From assembly GCA_964036045.1 (NCBI GenBank), contig OZ038379.1:8122001-8186000 (forward strand): a stretch of 64,000 bases of DNA, given 5' to 3'. A model generated the notes under the pieces. The model was not told where the DNA came from and did not search any database. It was given only the letters and a program-made list of their open reading frames with translations. This document shows positions 20,801 through 29,655 of this stretch, in pieces; position 1 is the first letter of the stretch; each line of letters opens with the position of its first letter. Both the position numbers and the translations under genes were made by a program. Source of the DNA: Eutreptiella sp. 'Long Island Sound 2002'. Its lineage: Eukaryota; Protista; Euglenida.

Positions 20801-23031
20801 GTATGCTGGTATATTTCCCCCAACATCCGTATGATGTTTTCTGGTGCCCCTGCCTCCTTGACGATCCCAATCAGCATGGGTCGGGGGACTGAAGGAAAAG
20901 CTTTGGCCACATCAAGTAGGGCCACGTACCCGTCCTCAACGTGCAGGTCTTTTAATAGTTTCGTGGCTAACGTTGTGGTGTTTCGGCCCTGTGTGGCGCC
21001 GTGTTGTATGTCCAATAGTCCCGGGGTCAAGGCTCCCGATATACGCGTCAGGAGGAGGCGTGTGAGTATACTATATATGGCCGTGGATACGTAGATTGGC
21101 CGGTAGTTTCGTGGGTCCTGGGGATCCTTCTTTTTATAGATGAGCACTACCCTGGACTGCAGCCAAGCCACTGGGATGTGCTGTCCGTTCCAGACTGCAA
21201 CGATTGCCTGGTATAGTTGCCGCTGCACGTGGTCCGGTAGGTGCCGGAGCAGGTGTGGGGGGACACCGTCAGGTCCGGCAGATTTGTTCTTTGGTGCCCG
21301 AAGGCACCGCAAGTACTCCTCGTATGTGGGGGTCGTTGTGTTCCACGTGCGGTGCCGTACATGTTTCCGTATGAGTTGCCGGCACGCGTCTTCGTCGTAT
21401 GTTGGGTCGCCCGCAAAGTGGTTGAGTACGTACTGTGTTCCTCCTATTGGGGGCTGCGGTGTGTCCTGGGCTATGAGTCCAGTGCGCCATCTCTTGACCA
21501 TTTTATAAAAATAGCCCGATTTGTGCACTGCCGCTCGGCGCAGTTTGCCGATTTGTCTCCGTATGTGTTGCTCTTGTATTTCCCCGTACTCTCGTAACCG
21601 TGTTTTGGGGTCCGTGGTTTCCGACCAGCTTGCGGTGGTCGCTGTCTTTGTGCGCGTGGGTCGTCGTGGCCGCGCCGCGTGCGCTATTGCAGACAGGATC
21701 CGCCGTGCCGTGTGTAGGGGTGGGTCGTTGTTTGTTATGGGTAGTGTGGATATGGTGTTAGCAAACCGTTGAAATTGTTTTGTATACCACTTCGCGACTG
21801 TGGGCTGTGGTTTTCTGCGTGGTGGGTCGGGGACCCCTATCCTCCATCGGACCCCAAGCAGGACCAAAGCATGATGCGATATGGGCATTTGTATGGTGTC
21901 ATAGTAGGTCCAGGGTATGTTCGGTATTTGTTGCCTAATCAAGATGGCGTCTAGTCGACGTGGGCGTCCATGCCTAGGGATGCGGGTATAGTATTGCCGG
22001 GGGTCCGGGGGTTGGCTGCTAGCATGCAAAGGGTCCAGGAACACTCCGCTGGCCAGGTCTTCCTGCCACGGGCGTGTCGGGTTGGGTGACCAAATGTCAT
22101 CGTTGTAGTCCCCCATAATGATGTCGTATGGTCTCAGGGACTGCAGAAATAGGTCTACCTCTTGTTTGTCCTGTTGGTTGAATTTGGAGTACACACACGC
22201 AATGGTGCGGCGGGGGCTGTTTGGGAGCTGTATCCTGATGGCCCCTGCCAAACCGTTGGGTGAGTATAACGTTTCGAGTATGTGGGGGACCACATCGTTG
22301 CGGACAATGAAAGCTATCCGTGGTTCGGTCCCAGGCGCAGCGTAGCACTTGTAGTCGTTGCTGAGTGCTGTTGTGGCTGCCTCTGGTTTAGGGAAACCTG
22401 GGTGATACTCCTGGATGCCGCATAGGTCGATACGGCACTGGCTGATTAGGTGGAGGGTATTGGCCCATCGTTGTAGGCTGACGGATCCCTGTGCTCCTTG
22501 TATGTTCCAGGAGGCCAGTTTCATGTCGTGGTCCTTCGCGGTGGTTGCGTCGTCTAGACTGTCATACCGTCGATTGGTGTTGACCACCAGGTGTTGAGCA
22601 TACTCCTCAATGTCAAGCAACGGTATGGGGGGTCCCCGCACATCCCGGCATCCCCGCCGGAGCTGATATATCCTACGGTGCCCGGGGTTGGGGTGCACAT
22701 CTCCGCATTGGAGGACCCAGTTAGTGTTATACCGCGTGTTATATGGGCTGGTTACCGTGGTGATCGTGACAGGTGCATGGTAGCGGCATGGCGCTGCCGT
22801 GATTGGGGCGGTCGGGGTGTGGAAGAAACAGACGATATAGAGGAGGAGTAGGCCTGGCTGCCATATACGGTAACTATGGGGGTTGGGGCCCCGTGCGTAA
22901 CCGTGCCGGTGCCGTAACGGCGGGGTATATCGTCTGCGGACCCTCCGGTTCACGGGGAGTAGATATACCGGCCCCTCAGTATGCGTGGGGGCCAGGAGTA
23001 GGAGGAGGGCCATAATGGCGATGCAGGGCAT
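17893..23031 (-). CDS. Pol ORF: hydrophobic leader, 2A-like motif, APE endonuclease, RT, RNase H, CCHC, helical C-terminal extension (1712 aa)
   Basis: EN: SWNIQG, GIQE, MGDYND, RLDAIL, SHH (canonical SDH). RT: YRPI, LLDVAKAF, EGCPLSPTLF, FVDD. RNase H: YTDGS, AET, LDNQ, WTPGH, GNNHSDVLA. Zn finger: CSQCGHQH...C. Confidence 0.95.
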   Translation of the reverse strand: MPCIAIMALLLLLAPTHTEGPVYLLPVNRRVRRRYTPPLRHRHGYARGPNPHSYRIWQPGLLLLYIVCFFHTPTAPITAAPCRYHAPVTITTVTSPYNTRYNTNWVLQCGDVHPNPGHRRIYQLRRGCRDVRGPPIPLLDIEEYAQHLVVNTNRRYDSLDDATTAKDHDMKLASWNIQGAQGSVSLQRWANTLHLISQCRIDLCGIQEYHPGFPKPEAATTALSNDYKCYAAPGTEPRIAFIVRNDVVPHILETLYSPNGLAGAIRIQLPNSPRRTIACVYSKFNQQDKQEVDLFLQSLRPYDIIMGDYNDDIWSPNPTRPWQEDLASGVFLDPLHASSQPPDPRQYYTRIPRHGRPRRLDAILIRQQIPNIPWTYYDTIQMPISHHALVLLGVRWRIGVPDPPRRKPQPTVAKWYTKQFQRFANTISTLPITNNDPPLHTARRILSAIAHAARPRRPTRTKTATTASWSETTDPKTRLREYGEIQEQHIRRQIGKLRRAAVHKSGYFYKMVKRWRTGLIAQDTPQPPIGGTQYVLNHFAGDPTYDEDACRQLIRKHVRHRTWNTTTPTYEEYLRCLRAPKNKSAGPDGVPPHLLRHLPDHVQRQLYQAIVAVWNGQHIPVAWLQSRVVLIYKKKDPQDPRNYRPIYVSTAIYSILTRLLLTRISGALTPGLLDIQHGATQGRNTTTLATKLLKDLHVEDGYVALLDVAKAFPSVPRPMLIGIVKEAGAPENIIRMLGEIYQHTPAVLTLHGKDLPIRPTRGMKEGCPLSPTLFLLYYDILLRETMERCPGARLYVFVDDIAVRAPTKEALLHTLDTLHDVAHTMGLRFNKDKTEVCHWAKDYDLTPITWRHQLIPVRPPIMTNLGHVLAHPTQEDTAWDMVTTQLHHDVAAYRTLPLNAYEKVAIINAVLIRRWTYRGLFLGNRTRMAHWDDILLQFIRDTPGVEQQMNKHRLTTNLSHGGLGLRQLWWSYITRWVTIGQQELQRTGPTQQLTATQYKYIDAVRALGGTVGQRISQPRQHRPLSAGLYDSESSEEDQETHTGKTRPATNRLDYRWMNPPEEPTPEETHEVCQALPHQQKLHGITIHYTGEPTTTRWYTDGSKRHGRAGGGIYNGTYRSAFRVHRPQQVYRAETIACALASELAKPGDDIILDNQSVVKATPIKRKGVVKDQDYRDIGYLNSTTKRLTIRWTPGHRNLEQATTYKDYQDIQGNNHSDVLANMGDNLPMDSQQPQPHDIVITGQIMPTPAKAWIMQVRRQKQTPDVHWVSWLPMKHYRRNAWTPWLWGQVRWWGMGAPWERTSRLCSQCGHQHGASVQSKLAYCPAWSDFWDLWRKSWTDWAPYTHQWLQAADNQELWLCVRLLIPLSLVDAIPTAERHKLRTEVGLFQFRMIQSVQTLRRKYADPTPQQPPSPLWLTKYMAQALPPRETPRNLRNQVGAPTWCGAKRKRKAEVATADPIDPGQWLQDARNAGDSEAVAWFVARATNTGADDHIKKRQRLNVDTQRWEQYKTTTDRLANEHAQQARDIYQKAHMEAMARQHLHTLHMGYTNALTAKTDYHRLVIKLVDQQRQTQRMHDTHAHLYQIRRQWYEQAKDDTRMWYTDAKLLLMVNDRYWRLSAGTAKLLDLHHQQATYMWQQQTHLTAMAQYYQDACKHKTTQYWQTTRPARQTIYLIRKRPREHWDPTLWEVPLQPLPKRHKTHWDPNEWEVPLT

Positions 23032-23045
23032 GAGGAACAGGCACC

Positions 23046-23522
23046 TTACTTTTTCCCTTTGCCCTGCAGGTTTTTTGGCGGCCCCTTTCCTTTCCCCTTG
23101 TGTCTGTTGTCCACGGTGAAGGCAGCCGTACTGTCTGCTTGTTGTGTGGATTGCGGCGATGCAGGTGCTGCCTTCTTCTTTTTTGGTGGTGGCGTTGTTT
23201 TTGTGGGCGTTTTCTGTGGTGTCTTGTTGTGGGCCTTGGTTTTCTGTGCTGGGTGTGACTGCCGTGCGTGTGTTGTGGTTAATTTTGCCGGGTTGTCTGG
23301 TTGCTGGACGGGGGTTTCATCCGTGTCCGTGGTGGCCATATTTGGGTGGGTGTCTGATGGGGTGTCGTCGTTAGTGGTATGGCCGAGTTCGTTCAGGATG
23401 GCCTCGTCCCAGTCTTCCACGTTGATGGGTTCCGGCTCTGCGAACAGCTGCTTTTCCCTGTTGATTTCCTTGATGACGCGTTCAGTCATCATGTCTGAGC
23501 CCAGTTGTTTCCCTGCCTTCAT
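23046..23522 (-). CDS. 158-aa acidic/basic low-complexity ORF just upstream of pol
   Basis: ATG-started ORF with the element's A/C-rich bias. It overlaps the upstream stop as ATGA and ends in an A_AAA_AAC heptamer plus a stem-loop. Confidence 0.6.
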   Translation of the reverse strand: MKAGKQLGSDMMTERVIKEINREKQLFAEPEPINVEDWDEAILNELGHTTNDDTPSDTHPNMATTDTDETPVQQPDNPAKLTTTHARQSHPAQKTKAHNKTPQKTPTKTTPPPKKKKAAPASPQSTQQADSTAAFTVDNRHKGKGKGPPKNLQGKGKK

Positions 23523-26500
23523 TCGTCTCCTGAAGGCACGTCGTCGCCCGTTTCCTGCGGCATTTTGTGCGCGAGCATCTGGTCGATGCGCTCTGCCGCC
23601 TGTGTGTCCGTGTTGTCATCTCCTAGCGTGATGTGGACGTATTCACCGGGTGCCACTCCGATGTATTGTCCGGCACTGAGGGCCACTGCCGTGGCGTGCT
23701 GGTATTGGAGGGAGGCGTAGGTGCAGCCCGCGTCGCTCCACATGTTGGGTTCCGGCTTCCAGCTGGTCCAGCATCCAAAGAATGATGCCACGACTTTCGC
23801 CGTGTCGTCTCCTGCGCCCTGTGTCCACCCTACGAACACCGTCGTGGTGTCGTGTCTAGTCGGTTTTGGCGGTCGCTTGATGTCCCTAGAGCGGCTCGTG
23901 GACTGTGTCCAGTTGTTGCGGTTGAGGATGACGTTGGTCATCACGTGGACCAGTTCGTAGCTTTTCATGCCCTTTAGTAGTTGGGCAATCAAGCGTCGGT
24001 CTGCGTCTGGGTGGAATTGTACCAGTAGACGGTATGAGTCCACTGGTCGGAACCCCTTGAGGAAGGATGCAATGCTCCTTCCTAGCTCGAGCTGTTCCCT
24101 GTCCAGGTCGTCCAGTATCTCCTGTACGGACGTTATTCTGTCTTCTTTGTGTTCCGTGTATTGTTGTCTCAGTATATACAGGCTCTCATAGTCCGTTTCG
24201 GTGAGCTAGTAGGGTCCAGGGTTGCCGGCGTTTTCCTCCTCTTGTTTTATGGTCTGCAGTGCTTGTGTCAAGCGAGGCAGCAATTGCATGGGCAGGTGTA
24301 GTCTCCAGGCGTGCGACCCACTTTGTCCCGCGGTGTGTTCGGATGCGCACTTCCACCGAAAAGTGTTGTGGGGGTCTTTGCTTGCTATGGTGGATGCGAC
24401 GTCAGACTGGTGGCCCTTGATCCGTTTCATAAATGCGTCTCGCGTCCTAATGCCCGTTTCTGGTGGGCACTCCACTACGATTGTAGTCTTGGCCGGTTCT
24501 GGTTGTAGTGTGTCTGTGCGGTCTTCCGGTCCCACTTGTATGGGTGTGCCCTTCGTGAGTGCTTATGTTTTGTGCGTGGGCTCGTGTCCCATCTTTATGG
24601 TGTTGTCCAGGTGGAGGACCATGATGGGTTTGGGTTGTAGGTGGTCGACCATAGTTTCGTGTTCCGGGGACCACTTGCGCACGGGGAATTTGTCGAATTG
24701 GTATACGCCCCTTACATAGCGGGCCAGTTTGCGCAGGGGGGCGCGGTGGAGGCAGTCCATGCGGTAGGTTTGTAGTGCTGTAATGTCTTGGCGGTCCGCC
24801 TCGTAAGCCAGGATCAGTTCCTTGGCCCCCGGGTCGCCGAGTGCCCGTAGGACTTGGTCAACCCGTTCGTCCTCGCTTCCGCCCCATTCCGTTTGTATGG
24901 CGGCGCGCTGCATGCGTCGTTCATGGTTGCGGCGGGTCCCGGTTGCCTGTGGCAGTAGTAAGTATGTCTTGTTCCGGATGTCTGGGTTCCCTTGATGGTC
25001 GGCTTCCGTGTGTACTGTGTATTGGTGTGCTTCGGCCATCTCGGATACCGTGTGTATACCGTCAGAGTCTGCCTCATGCCTCACCGTCATGACGTCGCGC
25101 AGTTTGTGTTGCGCACACAGAGGGAGTTGGTAGGTGTTCCTGTCATACCATACCCCTTCCTGTGTTTGCCTCCTGATGTGCTCTGTGGTCACTGCACGGT
25201 TTGGGTGCTTTGTTAAGTAAGTTTTTAGTCTGGTTTGTGCGTCGTACACAACTGATGCTTTCAATGTGTCTTGCTCTGCTGTAGTCATTGGTTGTTGTGA
25301 CGCGCCTGTGTTGAGCTTTACGAGTTCTTCTATAAGCTGGTATTCCGTAGGTGTGTGTATGGGTAGTTTGTCCAGTGGGTTGTTGCCGTCTTCGTGGAAT
25401 GTGTATGCCTGTGTATCCTCTTGGGGTGGAGGGGGGACGTAACTAAGCCCTTCGGTGTGTTGGTCAGGCGGTGTGCTAGGTTCCCCATTCTGGGGGGGTT
25501 CCCGCTCAGTGGTATCCTCTGGTGGGGGGTTTGAGGTTGACTCCAGGATGTCCGGGTTTTCCATTTCGTCCCCTTGGTCTTGCACACCAGTGTGCAGTCC
25601 GGACGTGTGTCTTTCGTAGTTTTCTGCCAGGGTGCGCACAAGTCCATGGGGCGGGGCGTTGCTATCCGGGCCTGGGTTTGGTTCCACATCACCATCCTGC
25701 GTGGCATCCGGCACCCATTGGGTGTGTTGTGGGTAGACCACGTCTGGGGTAACGGATGTGACCCTGTCATGGCGCACGTCCGATGGGTGGTCGGGTGGCA
25801 CCCAGTCGGTGGTGTCATACTCCAGGAGCAGGTCGTGTTGCAAGGGTTGGACCAGAAAGAGCCAGTATCGTATGGATACGGCCATTTGGAAGCCCTCCCT
25901 CGTGCCCGTGAGGACATGCAGTCTGTGTCTTGCGATGTGGTAGTATGGGAGGTCAGTCCTGAGGTGTACCTCCCACAGTTGGCCTGTTGTGCTAGGTAGC
26001 CTCCTCCACACGTTGTATGCCAAATGCACTGGCGGGTTGGGAGTTGCGCTGTGATCCGTGTATGTGAGGAGTCTGTTGTTGTAGATTTGTATGTGGAAAT
26101 ACACATATGTTGGGTCATCCGGGGGTGGGGGGGGTATCTTTGGTTGCAGAGTGCCGCGGCACAGTGGGCATCTTAGCAGTCGTGGGTCGTTGGCGCAGTC
26201 CTGGCACAGCCTGTGCCTGGGGTCGCAGCTCAGGTGTGTATCCGCGGGGCTGTCCAAGCATACGGGGCAGTCCTCTAGGGCCCGTCCACCGTCATCCGTG
26301 TTCCACGAGTGTTTGTGCACGTCGTCGTTGGGCTGGCGGGGTGGTGGTGCCGCCAGCAAGAGCGGTGGCAGAGTGTTGTGCACCTCAGTCCCCATGTCCC
26401 CCAGCGGTGTGGTCTGGGCTGTGCGCTCCACTGCGGGTGTGGTTGGTCCGGGGTTGGGCTCTGTGTCTCCGTCTTGAGTCGGGTCGTGGACCCAGCTCGT

Positions 26501-27793
26501 TGGTCTCGGGTAGGGGCGATTGCGTAGGCGTTGTGTTCCGCGGATCTTCAAGCGTGGTGAGTCACCCATGACTTGGTCAGTGGTGTCTTCATATGTCCGT
26601 TTCATGCGTAGGTTTCCTTGGTTCCCGGGGGGGTGTTGCTCGTCCCAGTGAGTCGTGCTCTGGTGCCTTTTGGGTAGTGGTTGGTGGGTAGGTTCCCCGT
26701 CCGCCTTTCGTTTGTGGTGGTTATATACCAGCGTTGACGATTGATGCTCCCGGTTCGCCATGGGTACGTGGTCTGCGCGCCTCCGTTTTTGTCTAGGGGG
26801 AGTGTTGTCCGCGGTGCGTTTGCGTAGCATCCTAGGTGTTTGGTACATATGTGGTGTGTCTTGGTTGTATCGCGTGCGTTTCGCTGAGGGTGTTGATGGG
26901 CTGGGACCGGGGTTAGGTTCGACATCCCCGTCGCTTGTGACGTCGCGTAACCATCCGTCCGGGGTGTCCTCCACGGTCGGTCGGGGGCCCGTCTCGTGTG
27001 GTACTGGTGTGTGGCAGGTTTGCGAGGTGGTGGCCGGTATGGCCTGTTGCCAGGATTCTTGTCGTGGGTATAAGGGGTCTGGGGACATCACGTTGTAGAG
27101 TCGCCGTGGTACCACGTCTGGGGTATCCGGTTGGTGTATGGCAAAATACTTGCATGTGGTGCAGCGGAAGTACACAAAGTCGGCCATGTTGCATCGGGGA
27201 CAAACTACATCGATGGCTGTGGTCATGTTTAATCCTATCGGTGAGTGGTGTTTTTGTGTTTTTACAGTCAACTCGGAAGTTTCCAAGGGGGCGGGTCGTG
27301 GTGTGCCTGGGTCATGTACCCCTTGCACCAGGGGTGCCTCTGGTGATGGCACCTCCAATGTGCCATGTGTGGTAGACGGTTCTGCACATGGAGCGGGTGT
27401 GTTGTGTCCTAAGGGAGGGGTGGATGCGCGCCGCTTTTTTTGCAGTGCCTCTGTGAGTGCCTGTGTCGCGTATTTGTATAGTTTAGCGGGGTAGTGGGGG
27501 TTGGAGGCCGTTTCGATCTCGCTAGCCAGCCGGGTGACCATCTCTCTGTGCTGGGGGGGGGTGTCGTTCCCTGTGGTCTGCGCATCTTCAGGCCCCGGGT
27601 TCTTTTCGTTTGCAAAGGCGGAGCACAAGAACACTGCACAGAACTTGGGACTGCAGTACAATGTATCACCAAGACCGGCGATGCCGGCGATAGAATGCTG
27701 ACCCTGCCCTCCAAGAGAGCCATGGCTGCCCGCATATAAAGCGGACGCAGTCCCTGCGCACAGCGGGCAACGGACGAGACTGACACAACACAA
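23519..27793 (-). CDS. Polyprotein with three 2A/StopGo motifs, a C4 Zn ribbon and a RING-HC; one reading frame broken by two in-frame stops
   Basis: Track ORFs 24563..27793, 24206..24535 and 23519..24043 share one frame and are separated only by TAA (24563-24565) and TAG (24206-24208). DGD(V/T)EPNPGP at 26903-26932, 26444-26473 and 25667-25696. The true start codon is uncertain. Confidence 0.8.
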
Positions 27794-28036
27794 GTACCTG
27801 GGAACGAAAAAGTCACCCCCTCAACATGTCAGACTGCCGCCACCTGAGACGGTGATCATGCTGGACCCAACCACACGCAACCATGGCACCCAATAAAGGG
27901 CGGGGTGCAGCATGCAACCCCCCCAGACAAAACTAGACACGGTTGGGGTCCGGTGGGCGGACGGCCGAGCCCAAAAGCGGTGCGGCCGCCGTGGGTGGGT
28001 GGGCGAGAAAAGACAGAAAAACTGCCTAAGAAAGGA

Positions 28037-29638
28037 CACTGCACAGAACTTGGGTATTCATTCTCCGCCGCAACCCTCCCTGCCCCCCCCCCCCCAGCCC
28101 TAGCCACGCACTGGTGCCATCAGGAACCCGCTGGGCATAGCGCCGCCGGGGAACCTGAAGGGTTGAAACTGAGTCCTAAAACCCCTCTGAGTCCTAAACC
28201 CCCCCCCCCCCAACCCATAAAACTCCCCATGGGCCTTAGGGCCGGCACCGCAAGTCAAGACAGCCAAAGCGACGGGCGATACGGGCTGTATGCTCCCGGA
28301 CCCACACACGGTGATGGCGACACAGCGGCAACAGCATCGAATCCGTCAGCGCCGAGTAGGGCTGCAGGTGGGCGCCCGGCTGCTCTGCAGCCAAACGGCC
28401 ACGGCGCCGGGCGCAACTCAGCCAAGCCGAGGCTCACTCAGCAACTCAGCAACGAACCAAGGTCCATAACACCGGCCTTAGGGCCAACACTGCAGGTAGC
28501 CAGATGGGGCTTTGGCTCAACAAATTGCTTACGTTGGCGGTGCTGGTGCCGCGACTGTCATCGCTGTTGGTCCCGTTGCTATCAACGCCAGTGCTCGAAG
28601 CATCCACGACTTCAGAGGGCGTGTGGATCGCGTCGCGCATCGAGAGGGCGGCGGCGAGCAACATCTGCGCCAGTCCTTCAGCGCTGACGCTGCCAGTGCC
28701 GCTGCTCATGTTCCCGCTGTTGCCAATGCCAGTGCTCGAAGTTCCACGCCTGCAGGTGATGTGGCGACATAAAGGCAACCACATCGCTGTTGCCACCGCC
28801 AGAACTGCTGGTGCCGCTGCTGCTGCCGCCAGCGTCACTGCTGCCTGCTGCTGCCGCGGCTCCCAGAGCTGCTGGTGTTGCTGGTGCCAGTTTCACCGCT
28901 GCTGGTCCCGCTGCCGCCAACGTCGGGTGTTGATGCTCCTACCACTGCACATGGTGACGGCGATAGAGAGGCAACACCACTGTTGCCGCCGCTGCTGCAG
29001 AGCTGCCAACGCGGGTGCTGGTGCTGCCAGTGTCACTGCCCCGGCGGCGGTGGTGAAGGACCCGACCGAGCGCAGCGTCAAACCGTCGTGCGCAAGCGTC
29101 TCCAGCGCAGGGGCCCTCTGCAGCGACGCAAGCAGGCCGCACTGCATGTACTGCACCGCAGCGTCGAGCCCGTCGTTGAGCTCCTGCAGGTCCGTTGCCG
29201 AGAAAGCCTGGGCGGGCGCGTCCACCTCCGTCTTGAAGGCCGCCACCGACTGCGCCACAACCTCCGTCGTGCCGTTGGCCGTGAGCTGCAGGACTGCCAC
29301 AATGTCTGCGACCAGCGTGGCGACCTCGGAGGAGCGGCTTGAGCCGCAGAACCATGTCCACGGCGCACTCGACATTGTGCACGACCGCCGGCAGTAGCGC
29401 CGGGCCCCGCCCCGCGTCCGCCAGGGCCTTGACCTCGGCGACGGCGGGGGTCAGGCCCACGAGCACCGCACTCTCGACGGTGGCCAGTCCGTGGTCCCTT
29501 CTCAACCCCCGCGATCTGCTTCATGCGGTCCAGGAAAGGAGCCGCAGCACCCGCTTGTCGCCTCAGCATGCTGACCCGCCGGCACCGGCCCTCGGGCCCA
29601 TGGGGAGAGGGCAGAACACTACCCCCCCCCTACAAATT
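28037..29638 (-). other. GC-rich cassette inside the LINE, between 28-bp direct repeats, with frameshifted Ala/Ser/Thr/Gly-rich coding remnants
   Basis: Direct repeat at 28009-28036 and 29639-29666. Inverted repeat at 28225-28250 and 29580-29605. ORF pieces 28893..29375 and 28446..28838. Composition differs visibly from the flanking G/T-skewed sequence. Confidence 0.55.
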
Positions 29639-29655
29639 AAAGACAGAAAAACTGC

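Noticed and set aside
24209-24235. Extra 2A motif ENAGNPGP
   Set aside because: Neither D nor E is at the required position.
27590-27615. Extra 2A motif ANEKNPGP
   Set aside because: Lacks the D(V/I) residues and may lie upstream of the true start codon; a possible relic only.
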